DNA of 64,000 bases, from assembly GCA_050273025.1 (NCBI GenBank), contig CP158635.1:5580001-5644000 (forward strand), in the 5' to 3' direction. Below, piece by piece: positions 1-12,919 of the stretch. Origin of the DNA: Cenococcum geophilum (Eukaryota). Below the pieces are notes generated by a model. It did no database searches, had not been told where the DNA came from, and saw only the letters and a list, made by a program, of their open reading frames with translations. Numbering within the stretch: the first letter of the stretch is position 1; every line of letters begins with the position of its first letter. The position numbers were made by a program, and so were the translations under genes.

Positions 1-101
1 AAAAAAAAAGCCATCAATTTATCGAAAATTTTGCATAACGACAATAAGAGGTACAAAATTTCACAAAGAAATATGAAGATCGTGTTTTTACCAACAAAAT
101 A

Positions 102-2432
102 CTAGGCGTATAGTATCCCAATTTGATTTCTTTCATCTGCATTACTCACCCAGGTAGTATGACAGAGACTCCCATCTGACTGCTCAATCCAGTCTTCGCT
201 TCCGACACAGCGACGACACCAGAGCACACCATTAGGATCATACTGCTTCTTTACTTTTCTTAGCCGCGGATAATTGGCGCCGAAGAACGAGTACTGCCAG
301 TCTGGCTCGTACGAGTCGCACTAGAACTGTTAGCCTTGGAATAGGATTGACTCCTTCCATTGATGACACTGAAAGTTGTATGAAGGGAATCCTCATCACA
401 GCGAAGGCCAAAGCCTTAGGAGCGGACGTACTTCATTAAAATAGGCTCCTCCATCCGGCGCTAGCTGCTTGAGCGCATAGGTTTTATTGAATGTGATATC
501 ATTGTAAACATTCTCAATTAGTGTTTGTGGCATTCCGTCAACCCATCTCTCCCAAATTACAAAATGAACAACCGCGTCACGCCATGCAGGATTCATGCCA
601 ATGTCAAGGCCGCGATTGCCGCTGTTGGCTACCAGGTGACCAAGGAGGAGGGTGTTAAAGAAAACTCCCTGTCAAATTATTATTAGAATGCGGAATGAGA
701 TATTATAAGGTAAAAGGAGACGAACGGCTCCACTAAAGAAGCCACGAGTGCCACTTGAGACCAACAGAAGAATAATGGGGGAATCATGACATACACTTGG
801 TTTCAAAATATTTGGCGACGGCCCAATCTTTTCAAATGTTTTCGCAACAAGAGCCATATCAACCAGAGCGCGCTCTGGTAGTAATCGTGACCCGTAAGCC
901 GACCCGCCAGTAGCTACCGGTTCGTTACTAGCCGTGGTAAGATATGCGTCATAGAAGTTAGATGCAGTATCGACTGAGGCTTTGTAGATAAAATAACTCG
1001 AGGCATTGCTCAGCCTTGCTGCAATTGGGGCAAATAGAGCCTCTGCAGTTCCATTTGGTTTATCATAAAGATAAAATGACCACAGCAATGACAGTGTTGG
1101 AGCTAGTGGAGGCCCTACCATGTAATAGTAACCTTGCATGCCACCGTTTTTAAGGCGGGGCAACTCGGAGTGGATGTATGCCATCAGTTCCCAGTATTCA
1201 GATGATATGTTAGAGTTCTTTGATCCTACCTGGAGGTTGTGAATGGCGGATTTTGGAGAGGGATATGCTCTCATCACTGCTTCGATGACCACACCATAAG
1301 TTCCCCCGCCGCCACCGCGGATCGCAAAAAATAGCTCGATATGCGAGCAAGCATTTGCAGTGACGACATCCCCATTAGGTGTTATGATGGTTGCTTCGAG
1401 AAGGTTGTCTGCTCCCATGCCATAGGTACTGGATAGATAACCGTGGCCGCCTCCAGTAAACCAACCCATGATGCCCACATCCTTAAAAATGTAAGTTAAG
1501 TTTGCAACTGGAACAAATTGATTATGCAGGCCTACTGGATTTCCACCTACGACAACAACTGCATTGTGCTTTGCCATCTCAGTAAGTACAGTAAAACCTG
1601 TTTCGCCGGCAGAGATGATAGCAGCCATATGTGTGCCACTGATTAGGCAAGATTTTGACTGGAATTTCTTATTAAATGTGACTCCTCGGAAGTTATGCAT
1701 CCATATCCTATAGAGGGTATCAGTGTATGGCCTTTCGAACAAACTATATGCTCGGTTATTGAGTATCTAGGGGAGTGCTTACGATAAACTGCCATAGCCC
1801 GTACTCCTACTGACGCTTAGTCCAACTATTCTGGTATTTTAGAAAGTTTAGAGTTTACCTTCCAGGATAAGAATGGCCAGTGTTCTTAACTACCACTCTG
1901 ACACTCTTCTGATCCGCCCATTTCAGCGCCGTGCTGACATGGTCTGCTTCAGTCGCATTCACCACGTACACAGGATACTCTCCAATAGTGCATCCTCTAC
2001 TACCAGCTGCTGGATCCCCTGTCACACTTGTTCCATTCGGAAAAATGGGATTGCAGGAATCGTTCGCCCATATCGGATAGTCAATGCTTATAGGGTCATC
2101 TGCGTGAAATGTCGAATTGAACCATTGAGAGCGAACATAGTTGCAATCAGTCTCGTTGTAATTAGGCTCCGTAGGATAACAAACCGATGCCGGGGGAACC
2201 CCGCGAACGAGCCTTCCAGAAATAGTGTTGTTAAAGGTAGACCATTCAGTAGCAGAAGGCCAGCAAGAGCTTTGGGGAGTCTGAGTGAAGTGTTATGAAT
2301 AGCAGGGTGGAGTTACAGTAGATATTTGGAATGACATGCACACTTGCAATTACTAGCCGAGGATGCCTCGACAAGTGTACAGGACAAAAGGACGGGTGCA
2401 AAGAAATTTGTCAGAAATCGTTTCCCCGGCAT
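102..2432 (-). CDS. Secreted FAD-linked oxidoreductase (berberine-bridge-enzyme-like / VAO family), multi-exon
   Basis: ATG at 2432 followed by a hydrophobic signal-like N-terminus and CKC-TPQSSCWPS. Motifs VKNTGHSYPGRSTG (His for covalent FAD), GWFTGGGHGYLSSTYGMGADN, LFFAIRGGGGGTYGVV, GAYFNE and C-terminal FFGANYPRLRKVKKQYDPNGVLWC. Introns approx 2281-2339, 1809-1858, 1710-1781, 1483-1535, 670-792, 322-431. The stop at 102-104 assumes no further intron. Confidence 0.92.
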
Positions 2433-3672
2433 TCTGAAAGAACAGGCGGTGATACAGGGAATTTCCATAGCATCTGCGGCGGACTTGAGCATATATAGAC
2501 AAACGCAAACTTAAATTATCTGCGATTGGACAAAAGGGCGTTGTGGAGGCGCTCGCGACATAAAGCCCATTATGGAAATTTTCTTTAAAATCGTGGCACG
2601 ATTAACTCTCTCATTGAACAACTTGTTCTATAACGCATCCCAAATACGAATTACGAACCAAATTATACCCTGTAAATTATTTTTCAGTCCAATCGAATGT
2701 TAGGAACGACTAGAAGGTCAAGGAGGCTGTGTCGAGCTATCCCGCATCATCTAGGCCCCTGCCAAAAGCGAAATAAGATCAGGCAACGCGGTTAGCTTAA
2801 GGCTGACTTTAAGGCTGCAAAGCGACTTCTATCTATAATATCATCGAGATATTATATACACGGCGCCGCTCTGTGGTACCGAGCGTTGAATTTTTTTTTT
2901 TTTTTTTAAATCATACACCGTTTTAGCTGCCCTAAGGGCGCGATGCCGGGTCTTCTATTATGGTAGAATTATATAGAGAGCTTGCCTACAAACAACAACT
3001 CAACCAAACAAAGGAAACCATCGCTCTCTCTATTATATTCCACCCCCCTAAGGGGACTTCTGCCGTATAGTGTATCCAAAGCCACACGCACTGTATACCA
3101 ACTCCACCCCAATTAAATATCCCCTAAGTAGTAATGTCGAGGCCTCCACCTCTTACGTACTGTGGCGTGTATTTGTATCAAAAGGATGGCGAATCTAATA
3201 GAGGCAGGGGCTGTGGGTAAGCAGCTCAGCGCCGCTAAAACCACGGTGTTTAACACCAAAACGTGGTTTTTCTTTGTCGTAGGCTAGCAGTCGTAGTGCA
3301 ACGGCCGTTCCTCTAAGTCGTTGACGGCTGTAGTCTTGAGCGTTGAGGTTCGAGGTATTCGGATCGAGGTCGAGTCGTGTTCGTATAGACCCTGTGTACG
3401 CGTCGGATTCGATACGATCGGTGGATGAGAGACTGCCTTCCTCTCTCTCCCCCTATTGTGCGTGGCCGCTCGTGTCGTCGTCCACTCGAACTCGTCTTAG
3501 CTTCTCAATACAAGTCGGTTCACCACTCCGACAGGTAAAGATACTAGACACCGGACACCACGAGAAGGTGCGAGTCCATTCGTCCGGCCCGAGCGTTGAT
3601 TGATCTATCTAGAGACCTCATACAAATTTTGGTGGGGTGCGATGCGGACTTAAGCGAGTAAACGATCTTTTG

Positions 3673-3812
3673 GGGATTGTCTAAAGTGCAGAGCTTGGCA
3701 ATGCACGCGCGGGCCAGCGCGGGCCAGCGTCGGTGCCGCCGAAACGCCGTTCCCCGGTGTTTACATACAAATTTACTATGTACGCGACGGGGAACACGCC
3801 TTCCTTACCATC
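3673..3812 (+). repeat. MULE left TIR
   Basis: The first 113 bp are identical to the reverse complement of 12716-12828. Similarity continues to about 140 bp. Confidence 0.95.
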
Positions 3813-4108
3813 CTCCGCCGCCTCCATGCATACCTCATCGTTGCCATTACTTTTAAAGCCAATGTTCTCTGCTAAACGTCTATACTAATTAAAATCTTAG
3901 TATTTTTAGCTTAATTAATATACCTCCCGTCCGCATACGTAAGCTAAGAAAACTTCCTACTAATCTTTTTACTAACCTTTCTGCCTTAACTACCGCCTAC
4001 CTGCTCCTCTATAACCCCCCTAATATTAAGAAATAGCGCTAGACCCTTTAGGTAATAAAAGAGGAGATTAAAATATTATGGGAGAACTTTAAGGATTGCT
4101 AGCCGTAT

Positions 4109-4300
4109 TGTCACGGGACGGGGCAGTGGCTACAAGACGTATGTATTCGAGGAGTCTACAAGACGTTGCGCGATCGATCGTAAGGGTCGAGGGCGTAAGG
4201 AGGTGATATACCTACGCGTAGCTGATATAAGCTGTACGCGAGGTGTACGCGAGAGCACGGGGCTCTCCTATGGAGGCCCCTGCGGTGGGGTTCCGTGACA
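4109..4300 (-). repeat. 3' LTR of gypsy 1
   Basis: Direct repeat of 10262-10453, adjacent to the PPT. Confidence 0.95.
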
Positions 4301-7300
4301 CTACCCCCCCTCCTATAGAGGCGGAGCTCTGGCGACGCTGTGGTTACTATGTATATATAGAAGGGACACTTAGGGTATAGAAAAGAAGAAAAGGGGGGTA
4401 TTACTAAAGGCTTGAAACAACGTTATGTGATAAGGCTTGGCATCTAAGAATCCGACTAATTAGATAACTTTAACCGCCGGTTGAAGTTCCTGGATATCTT
4501 AACGATATTCTGGTTATATAATTGCACTTTACCGCAATCTAACGGCAATCTAACGGCAATTTGCCCCTACGTAGTAATGTATAACGGTTTAACTCTATAA
4601 GGGCTCCTATAGAGGATTAGGTATAAAATCTCTGCTTAGGCCCGGTTTCTGTAGGTTCGCGTAGTAAAAGTCGCTAATTAGATCCTTTGCATTTTTAAAG
4701 TCTTCCTATAGTTGCTATTTTGGCTAGTCTATATTAAATCCTATATATATAGCTCTATAGTAGAGCTATCGTCCTCTACCTTTGCTAAAGTATTTAGAGT
4801 TAATAATTTGTTTAACGGTCTACTCCTTATGGTTCTCGTCTTCATTCTCGTCTTAGATTAGTACTAGTAGGGGTTTAGGCTGTATCTGCCCCAGTAAAGG
4901 GTTAGGCTGGTGAAGGTATAGTAGCTATAGGTAAAATATAGGCTATATCCCGCGGGTGGTTAGGGTAGGCGGGAGCTCTAGCTTATATACGGCTCCCCTA
5001 TTAATGACTTATTTAATTAAGTAGGGGCCGAGGTTCTTATAATTAAGTAACTTTATAGGCCTCTATATAGAGATATTACGTGCATTTAGCTATACCCAGT
5101 TGCTAATACGCATCTCCGGTGGTGGCGTTCTATAACGGTCGGCGAAGTAGGCCTACTTTGCTTAAGCCTAGGCCATTTCTTCCTTATAGTAGTTAAGTAG
5201 ATTTTTCATGCAGTCTGTATACTGGTTGGCAAGTAGTATCTTAAGGCGTTTTCTATATAGCAGTTTCTTATTAATAGGTTCTGGTGGTTCTATGCTGGAT
5301 TGGGGGTAATATTCCTTGTTTGCGAAGAACAGGGTAAGTCCTGTAGTAGTTAAGACGTGGTTATTTGCTGCGAATTCACCTAGTAGGAGGTAATCTACCT
5401 AGTTATCTTAACTATAGGCGACTACCTGTCGTAGGTACGCTTTTATGCTAGCATTAGTGTTTTCTAGTTGCCTAGCAGTTTCATAATAGAAGGATATAGA
5501 CATCTTAACGGAGATGCTAAGGCGTTAGCAGATTCATCTCCATATATTAGAGCCGAACTATATGCCTCAGTCGGATATAATCGAGTTAGGTAACCCATGT
5601 AATCGGTAGATTTCGTAGAGGAAGGCGTTAGTAACGTCGCTAACGGCTACGCCTTCGGTTGGGACGTAGTGGCGCTCTTTTATAAGTTGGTATATTATCA
5701 TAAGGATGTTCTTATAGGTACGGCTATATCGCTTATAGGGTGGTAGGTTAATAACGAAATCTATAGCGATATTTGCCTATTGTTATATAGGTACTAGTAG
5801 AGGGTACAGTAGTCCTTAGTACTTTGTATTAAAGGCCTTAACGCGCTTATAACTATAGTAGGCGCCTATAAAGCGTTTAACTAAGTCTATCATTTTAGGC
5901 TAGAAGTAGTATCGGCTAAAAAGCTTATAGGTTCCTTCTCTACCTAAGTAGCCGCTTAATTAGAGGTCGTAGGCCATTTAGATTAGTTGCTATTATAGAT
6001 TTTCTAAGTTAGGGATAAATAGACGGCCTCTATAATAGAGCCTATTCTCTTTTACTTCTAAAGCTACTATATTAATCTAGCCTAAGCTTTAGAGTTTAGT
6101 CGGCAGTATACGGGCGCCAGCAGTTTTTACGGCAATAAGTTAATATAGTAATGGGTTAATAGAGGTGTTATATACCGTAGTAATAAGCTCGTTAATTTTA
6201 GGAGGTAATTCTAGTTCTGTGGTGTGGAGCTAAGGTATAGTTGGCTCTATTGTAAGTAGCATACCTAAGGCCAAATTCCGTGCTTTTAAGATCGTTTATT
6301 ATTGGAACTGGTTATAGGGGTTATCTTTAGACTAAGGAAGGTCTTATAAGCGGCGTATTAGGCTATTAGGCTTAGTACCTTATACTCCTAGCCTATATAC
6401 GATTTTAAAGTTAAAACTAGAGAGGAACTTGTTCCAGCGTGCTTGGCGTCGGTTTAGCTATTTTATAGTTATAAAGTACTTAAGGTTGCGATAATCCGTA
6501 AGGACTTTAGTTGGCTAGTTAGGTTCTACTAAGGAGAGTTCCGGTCGGAATTTCTTAAACGCTTATATAATTACAAGAAGTTCCTTATTATAGATCTTAT
6601 AGTTATATTCTTATAGTATAAGCTTAGATAAATAAAATGCGACTAGGTAGAGGAGACTGTTATCGCCTATTTAGAAGAGGACGCCTGCGTTAACGTGGTC
6701 TAAGGAGTTAGTCTTAAGATAAAGTTGTTATCCTAGTATAAAGTAAGCTAGGATAGGTGCTTTGGTAAAAGTATCTTTAAGGTCTTAGAACGCCTTCTTA
6801 TATTTAGGCGTCTAGATAAAATATAAATATATTTTTCTTCCTTTTACGGAAAGGCCCTTTATTCGCATTATTGCTATAAGTGGTGCTATAATACCCAAGA
6901 AGTTATATATAAATTTTTAATAGAAGTTAGCGAAACCGAGGAAAGCTTATACGTCTTTAATGCAGTTAGGGGTTTGCTATTTGGTAATTATATATACCTT
7001 CTTAGGGTCTATACAGACACCCTTAGTAGTAACAATTAGTCTAAGGTATTTTACTTCTGTAACTAAGAATTTGTACTTTTTTAAATTAATGTAAAGTCCT
7101 ACGTCTCTAAGGCGCTGTAAAACCTTTTAAACGTGCTTAGTATGCTTAAAAGGGTTATCGCTGTAAATAAGTATATTATCTAGGTACGCAGAGCAAAAGT
7201 CATTAAGGTAGTCCCGTAAGGCGTTATTAATATAGCTTTAGAAGCTGCTTGGGCCGTTATATACGCTAAAGGGCATAACAGTATATTTAAATTGGCTAAA

Positions 7301-10261
7301 GCGCAATGCGAATACGGTTTTCTATTTATTACCTTCTCGTATTCGGAGGCAGTTAAAGGCGGCAATAATATCAAGCTTGGTATAGATTTTGGCTTGGCTA
7401 AGCCGCTTAAGAGTCTCACATATAAGCGGTACGGGGTATCGGTTCTTAATTATAATAGCGTTAAGTCCTCTATAGTTAACGCAGAATTAAATACCTTTTC
7501 CTAGCTTCTTAGTAAGGAGGATAGAGGCGGCTACTAGGGATATGCTGGGGCGAATAAACCCTTTATTAAGGTGTTTGTTAATATACTTTTTAATAACTAG
7601 AAGTTCGTCTTTTAATATTAGGTAGGGTCTCTTATAGGGTAGCGTTTTTTCTTATTTAATATTAATGGCATAGTTATTAGGTTAATATGGGGGGAGTATA
7701 TCTACGCTCTTTTGTAAGCATATATTAATAAAGTTATAGTACCTCTTAGGAAGGAGCTTGCGGAGTTCCTTATTAGTAAGTCCTTTTTTAAGCTTTATAA
7801 ACTTCTTAAAGTCTAAAGGTAAAAGTCCGTAGAGTTTTACGGGGGTATTATTTTCTAGGAGGTCGACTATATCTATCCTATTACTATAGAGGACGTAGTC
7901 CTGTTCTTTATTAAGCTTATATAGTCGTAATTAGGAGGCTACGGTAACGGTCTAGCCTTTCCTAAGTACTATACAGTAGAAGGCCGCGGTATTTACGTAG
8001 TGGTAGTTAGTTATAGGTAGGGTAATAAGGGGTTCCTTAGGTTAGTATCCTAGGGAGTAGATAAAGGCGGCTAGGCTATATCCTAGGCAGGTTTCTCTAT
8101 AGTATTTAGAGTTAAAGGTTGCTTCTCTCTTTTTCTAGTTAATAGCGGGGTTGTATTATTTAAGCTAGTTTATTCCAAAAATAATAGGGTAGTTAGTAAG
8201 TGGTATAATATAGGCCCAGAGTTCTTCCTAATGCCTATTTATATCTAGGTAGAGTTATACTATATAGGTAATCTTCTATGCGGTATAACTACCGTCGGCG
8301 AGTTATAGGGCGTAGGCTTTAGTAAGGGGTAAGGTAGGTAGGTTATAAGTACGCATAAATTAGGTATCTATAAATTTATTAGTAGCTCTACAATTAATTA
8401 TAGAACGGCTTTTATATTGTTTTTTAGCAGTAGTTCCTATTACAGGTAAAACTATCTATTTCCGTTTATTTATCTTTACTAAGTTATTTATTAAGTAGGC
8501 CGATATATAGATCCCCTTATCATTAGGGCATCCCAACCTGCAACTTAGGGCTAGGACTTAGCGTTTTCCGTTTCCGTATCCGACTCTACTGCTATTACTG
8601 CGTCTTTATCTTATATAGTAGTAGCACATAGCGATATATTTAGTATTTAAGGTACTAGGTTAGGTATTAGGCGGCGGCTGCTAAACCTAGCCATTAGGCA
8701 GTTTAGGCTATAGCTGTAATAGCCTTCTTAATAATATCTATAGCAACGCTTTAGCTTCTAAAGTAGCTCGCGTTCTCTATCTAGTAGCTTCTACAAAAAG
8801 GTTAGTATAGAAAGGTTAATATTAGGACCAGTAGTATTACTTAGAGTAGTAGGCGTTAGTAGTTTGGTAGGTCCGAAGGGCTTCTATAAGGAGGTCTTCG
8901 GGTAGGGGTTTATAGTAGCAATTTAATTTAGTCGTCGTTTAATCTTCTATATAGCTGCTACCATATTATAAATATTATTATAGTTATAGCTGGCGGCTGC
9001 GTGACTAAGGCGATAAGTAACTTTTTTAAGGAGATCTTCCTGGTCTTTAGTATCGTCTTAGGTAAGGGCTCCGGTATATTCCTAGAATTTAACATAAAAC
9101 TCGTTAAATAATTTAGTAGGGCTCATCTTTAGGGCACATAGTTTAGCTTAGTTAGTGGCTAGTAGGTTATAGTCGCGGTATATTAGGTTAAGATTATTAA
9201 GGACTTCTTAGTAGGACTGCCACTTTTAGGGGCTATTAGTCTCCTATTAGGCGAAGAGTCTGTTAAATAGTGTACCCTTTATTCGCCCGATAATATAGCT
9301 AATCTTAATGTTTTCTGTAGGAAAAAGGCAGGCGCTCTAAGTTAGTTTCTTACGGATTTATATTTTCTAGTGGCTGTATTCTTTACGGTCTCCCTAGAAA
9401 ACTAGGGGATTAGGGTAATATGCATTAGACCCTACGGTAGTAGCTTAGGTTCGGTTATTATAGCTTTTATTATCGCTTTAGTAGGGGTTCCCGTTAGGTA
9501 AGGCTGCTCGGCGCTAACTCTCCGTTAAGCGTTAAGTAGGTGAAGTTGCCAGGGGCGTAGAGACTTAAGTGGCGTTGTATGCAGTAGAGAGGTATCTAGC
9601 GTTATTATAAATGTGCTCGTTAAGCTAAAATTATAGGTTTTTAATTATACCTTCTCTTTTAGTAACCGTAGCAATAAGTACAATCTTAGCCTTCTTTAAC
9701 TGTTAGACGTCGCGTTTAAACACACAGAGGTTGTTTTTAGTTTCTTAACACGTGTTGTCGGCGAGCGCCTCGCGAGCTTATAGGTCTTAGATAATATTAT
9801 AATCTTAGGCAGTACGTATCTTAGCTTATATAAGCTTTAGGTAGTAGTTCTATAGAAGGCGGTAGTATTTATTAGGTTCTTATACTACTATTTTTGTAAA
9901 CGTCTCAGCGTCTTATATTTTAATTTTAATAGGTGGTAGCCCTTTCGCTTACTTATCTGTAGTTATATAGTTAATAAAAGATAAGACATTATTAGTGTCC
10001 ATCTCCTTAGGGGTTAAGGCTAGGGCTAATAAATTAAATTCTCCTAGGATTAATTGGCGTCGTAGGTTAAGTATAGGTATTAGATTATTCTTTCGGTTTA
10101 ATATAGTGGCTAGTAAGGAATATTATTTTACTATTATAGGTTCCTTAGAAGTATAAAGTAAGGTAACTTATAGGCACGCTGCTTCTGGCAGCGCCTATAG
10201 TATTATAGAGACGTAGAATTGGTTATAGGCTAGGTGTCGGTAGTAAAAAGGCGCAACGTAA

Positions 10262-10453
10262 TGTCACGGGACGGGGCAGTGGCTATAAGACGTATGTATT
10301 TAAGGAGTCTACAAGACGTTGCGCGATCAATCGTAAGGGTCAAGGGCGTAAGGAGGTGATATACCTACGCGTAGCTGACATAAGCTGTACGCGAGGTATA
10401 CGCGAGAGCACGGGGCTCTCCTATGGAGGCCCCTGCGGTGGGGTTCTGTAACA
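10262..10453 (-). repeat. 5' LTR of gypsy 1
   Basis: Direct repeat of 4109-4300, followed on the plus strand by TSD CGTAT. Confidence 0.95.
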
Positions 10454-12688
10454 CGTATATTATAAACTTCTAGTCGCGTTAAGAGAAAGGCGACTTTAAT
10501 AAGGAGACTTTATCGCGTAAGGACCTTTACTACTATTAATATTAGTGCCTATAGGCTAAAAGTAAAGGAAATAATATTTAAAATAGGTCTATTACTATTA
10601 TAAAGGAGTATAGTAAAAGGATTTAAGTTATTAAGCTCTACTAACCTAATTGCGCAATACCTAACTATATTAAAATTGTCCCTTATAGGGACTATATTAA
10701 ATATATAGAAATAATAAAAGAGGCTAATAAATTTAAGCGTAATAAGAAGCTAAAGGAGTTGGCCGGTAATAAAATATAGAAAAGATATAGACTAAAGGAT
10801 ATTAAGGACGCAATTAGGTTAAATAATAACCCTATAGCGTACGCCGAATTTAAGGCTGCTAGGGGTACTTTCTTTTAGTTAAAAGATATAATTAACGCTA
10901 GTATAGAGTAAAAAGCAAAGAATCCTAATTCTGTGTATTTTAGAGCGGGTTTAGAGGCTAATAAGTAGTGGTTAGAGCTAGCGGAGTATCTTAAGGGTAG
11001 TAGGTTGCTATATAACTTTCCTAAATAGGCTATTTCTGGTAACTCCAAGCAACTTTAAAAAATTTATACTAATTTTGCCAATTAATTAAAGGGCTATAAT
11101 TATTTAAACGTTAGCTATTTTTGCCTAAATAGTGTTATAAGTAAGGTAACTATATAGGCAGATACCTTCTAGCTTAAAACTCCTACCTACTATAGTGCTT
11201 AGCTTATAATAATAGATGCTACTTATAACACTAATTTAGTTAATTAGTTCCTCTTTACCCTTATAGTCCGCAACTCTTATAGTAAATATTAGCCCTATAT
11301 ATATTTCCTATTAAGCCACTAAGACGCTAGTATAATATTAGCCTATTTAAATAAGATAATTAGGTGGTAAGTTATATATATAAGGCTTAATTACTCCCCC
11401 CCCCTAATACCTCTACTAATATTTTAGCCCCTATTTTCCCTATTTTTTTCTTATATTTCTAAGGAGATTTAGGCTAATTAGGCATAGGTGCAGGGGTTAA
11501 GGGGGGTAAAACCCTAGATACTTTATTACTAATAATTCTACTACTAAATAAAAGGCTATTTAAGAGGCTTTTCTGGGCCCTCCTATATTAACTAAAGTAG
11601 TTTAATACCTTCTCTGCTAAAGGCACTTCGGTAAAACCCTTAAATAGAAGTTTAGTGGCGACTAATATAAGGCAACGCTACAATACTACCTTGCGGCGCT
11701 TAAATATAGGTAAACTAAAAGGGGTTATATGGACTCCCTACGCATAGCTATTAAAGCTCTACCTATACTAGACTATAAAAAAGGCTTTAAATATATTTAG
11801 AAGGAGTTAATTAAGAAGATACCTCTCTAGGCCTAGTATAAACATAAATATTTAATAATGCTGCTTTAAATTAAAATAATAAATGCGGTGGAGTCTTAGC
11901 ATAAAGTCCTTAAATACTTGTTTAGTAAGGGAAAGCTTTATAAAATCTCCCTTACTAGCTGCGCTAAGCACGTTATAGTTACTACGAAGGACTATAATAT
12001 ACGCGCCCGTGCTATAGAGCTTAACTTTTAAACTAAAAGACACCCTATAGTGCTTAAGCACCCTTAGATAGAAAGCCTTCCTTATCCAGTGCAGTTATTA
12101 ATTATAGATAAGCTTAAAATTGCAGAAAAGAAGGACGTAGAGTGCGATAATAATAACGGTAGAGAGCTCCTAGATAAGGTTAGCTGCTCCTATACCTTCT
12201 ATTAAACCTATTAACTCCCCTACCGCTATATCTAGAGCAACGACAAAATATTTAGCTGCCTCTGCTAAGAAGACTTTAAACAATATAAGTGTATATAAGA
12301 GGACTATGGCTTTAAAACCTATTAAGGTGAGAATAAAGAGTATATTATAAAGGATATTAATAATAATCCTTTTGCTCCTTAGCGTACAAGGCTCGCAATA
12401 AGGGAGGCCCTTAATAATATTAAGGATCGCTTCTATTAAATTAAGGAGAAAGCTACCGCTTTAGAACCTTAGATGCGGGAGAAGTTAATAGATTAGTAGC
12501 TATTAAAGCTTAATTAAGCCTCTAGTAAGGTATGGCATTAGGGAATTAAGGAGTTTATTAAGGAAACTAGTCTTCCTATATTAATAGATAAGTAAGTAAA
12601 CGTAGGGAACCTCTAAAACACTATAAAATGTATATACATTTAACTTCTCATACATTTAAAAAACCTCATATTTTCGTGTACGTGGGGA

Positions 12689-12828
12689 GATGGTGAGGGG
12701 GACGTGTTCCCCGTTGCGTACATAGTAAATTTGTATGTAAACACCGGGGAACGGCGTTTCGGCGGCACCGACGCTGGCCCGCGCTGGCCCGCGCGTGCAT
12801 TGCCAAGCTCTGCACTTTAGACAATCCC
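12689..12828 (-). repeat. MULE right TIR
   Basis: Reverse complement of 3673-3812. Confidence 0.95.
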
Positions 12829-12919
12829 GATCTTTTGCAGATGACCGCAGGTTGAACTTTATTTAGGTTGTCAAGGCTTTCTCTACCCAGCCACTCATTC
12901 ACCACACTGTTTAACGGAC

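Larger units (their letters stand above)
4109..10453 (-). mobile_element. Ty3/gypsy chromovirus LTR retrotransposon (gypsy 1), full length, RIPed
   Basis: 192-bp LTRs (TGTCACGG...GT[G/A]ACA) at 4109-4300 and 10262-10453; 5-bp TSD CGTAT. Minus-strand PPT AGGAGGGGGGGTAG next to 4301. RT AYLD(D)ILIYS ~7160-7190, RNase H YDKELL ~6580, integrase ~5300-5950, chromodomain ~4650-4830, gag zinc knuckle ~8700-8750. Confidence 0.96.
3862..12560 (+). pseudogene. MULE transposase with SWIM zinc finger (RIP-degraded, split by the gypsy at 4109-10453)
   Basis: RIP-corrected motifs: IDATYNTN...FLFTL (~11210-11260), KPRYFITDDS..EQKAI.EAF (~11510-11575), LCQRHF (~11612), TNAVESWHKVLK (~11878-11912), SWIM CSCTF..TYQLPCRHI (~12185-12230). 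Probable intron gtaagt ~11367 to ~11486. Ends approximate. Confidence 0.8.
3673..12828 (+). mobile_element. Mutator-like (MULE) DNA transposon, RIP-inactivated, interrupted by a gypsy
   Basis: TIRs start GGGATTGTCTAAAGTGCAG at both ends. 9-bp TSD GATCTTTTG at 3664-3672 and 12829-12837. MULE transposase motifs inside. Confidence 0.95.
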
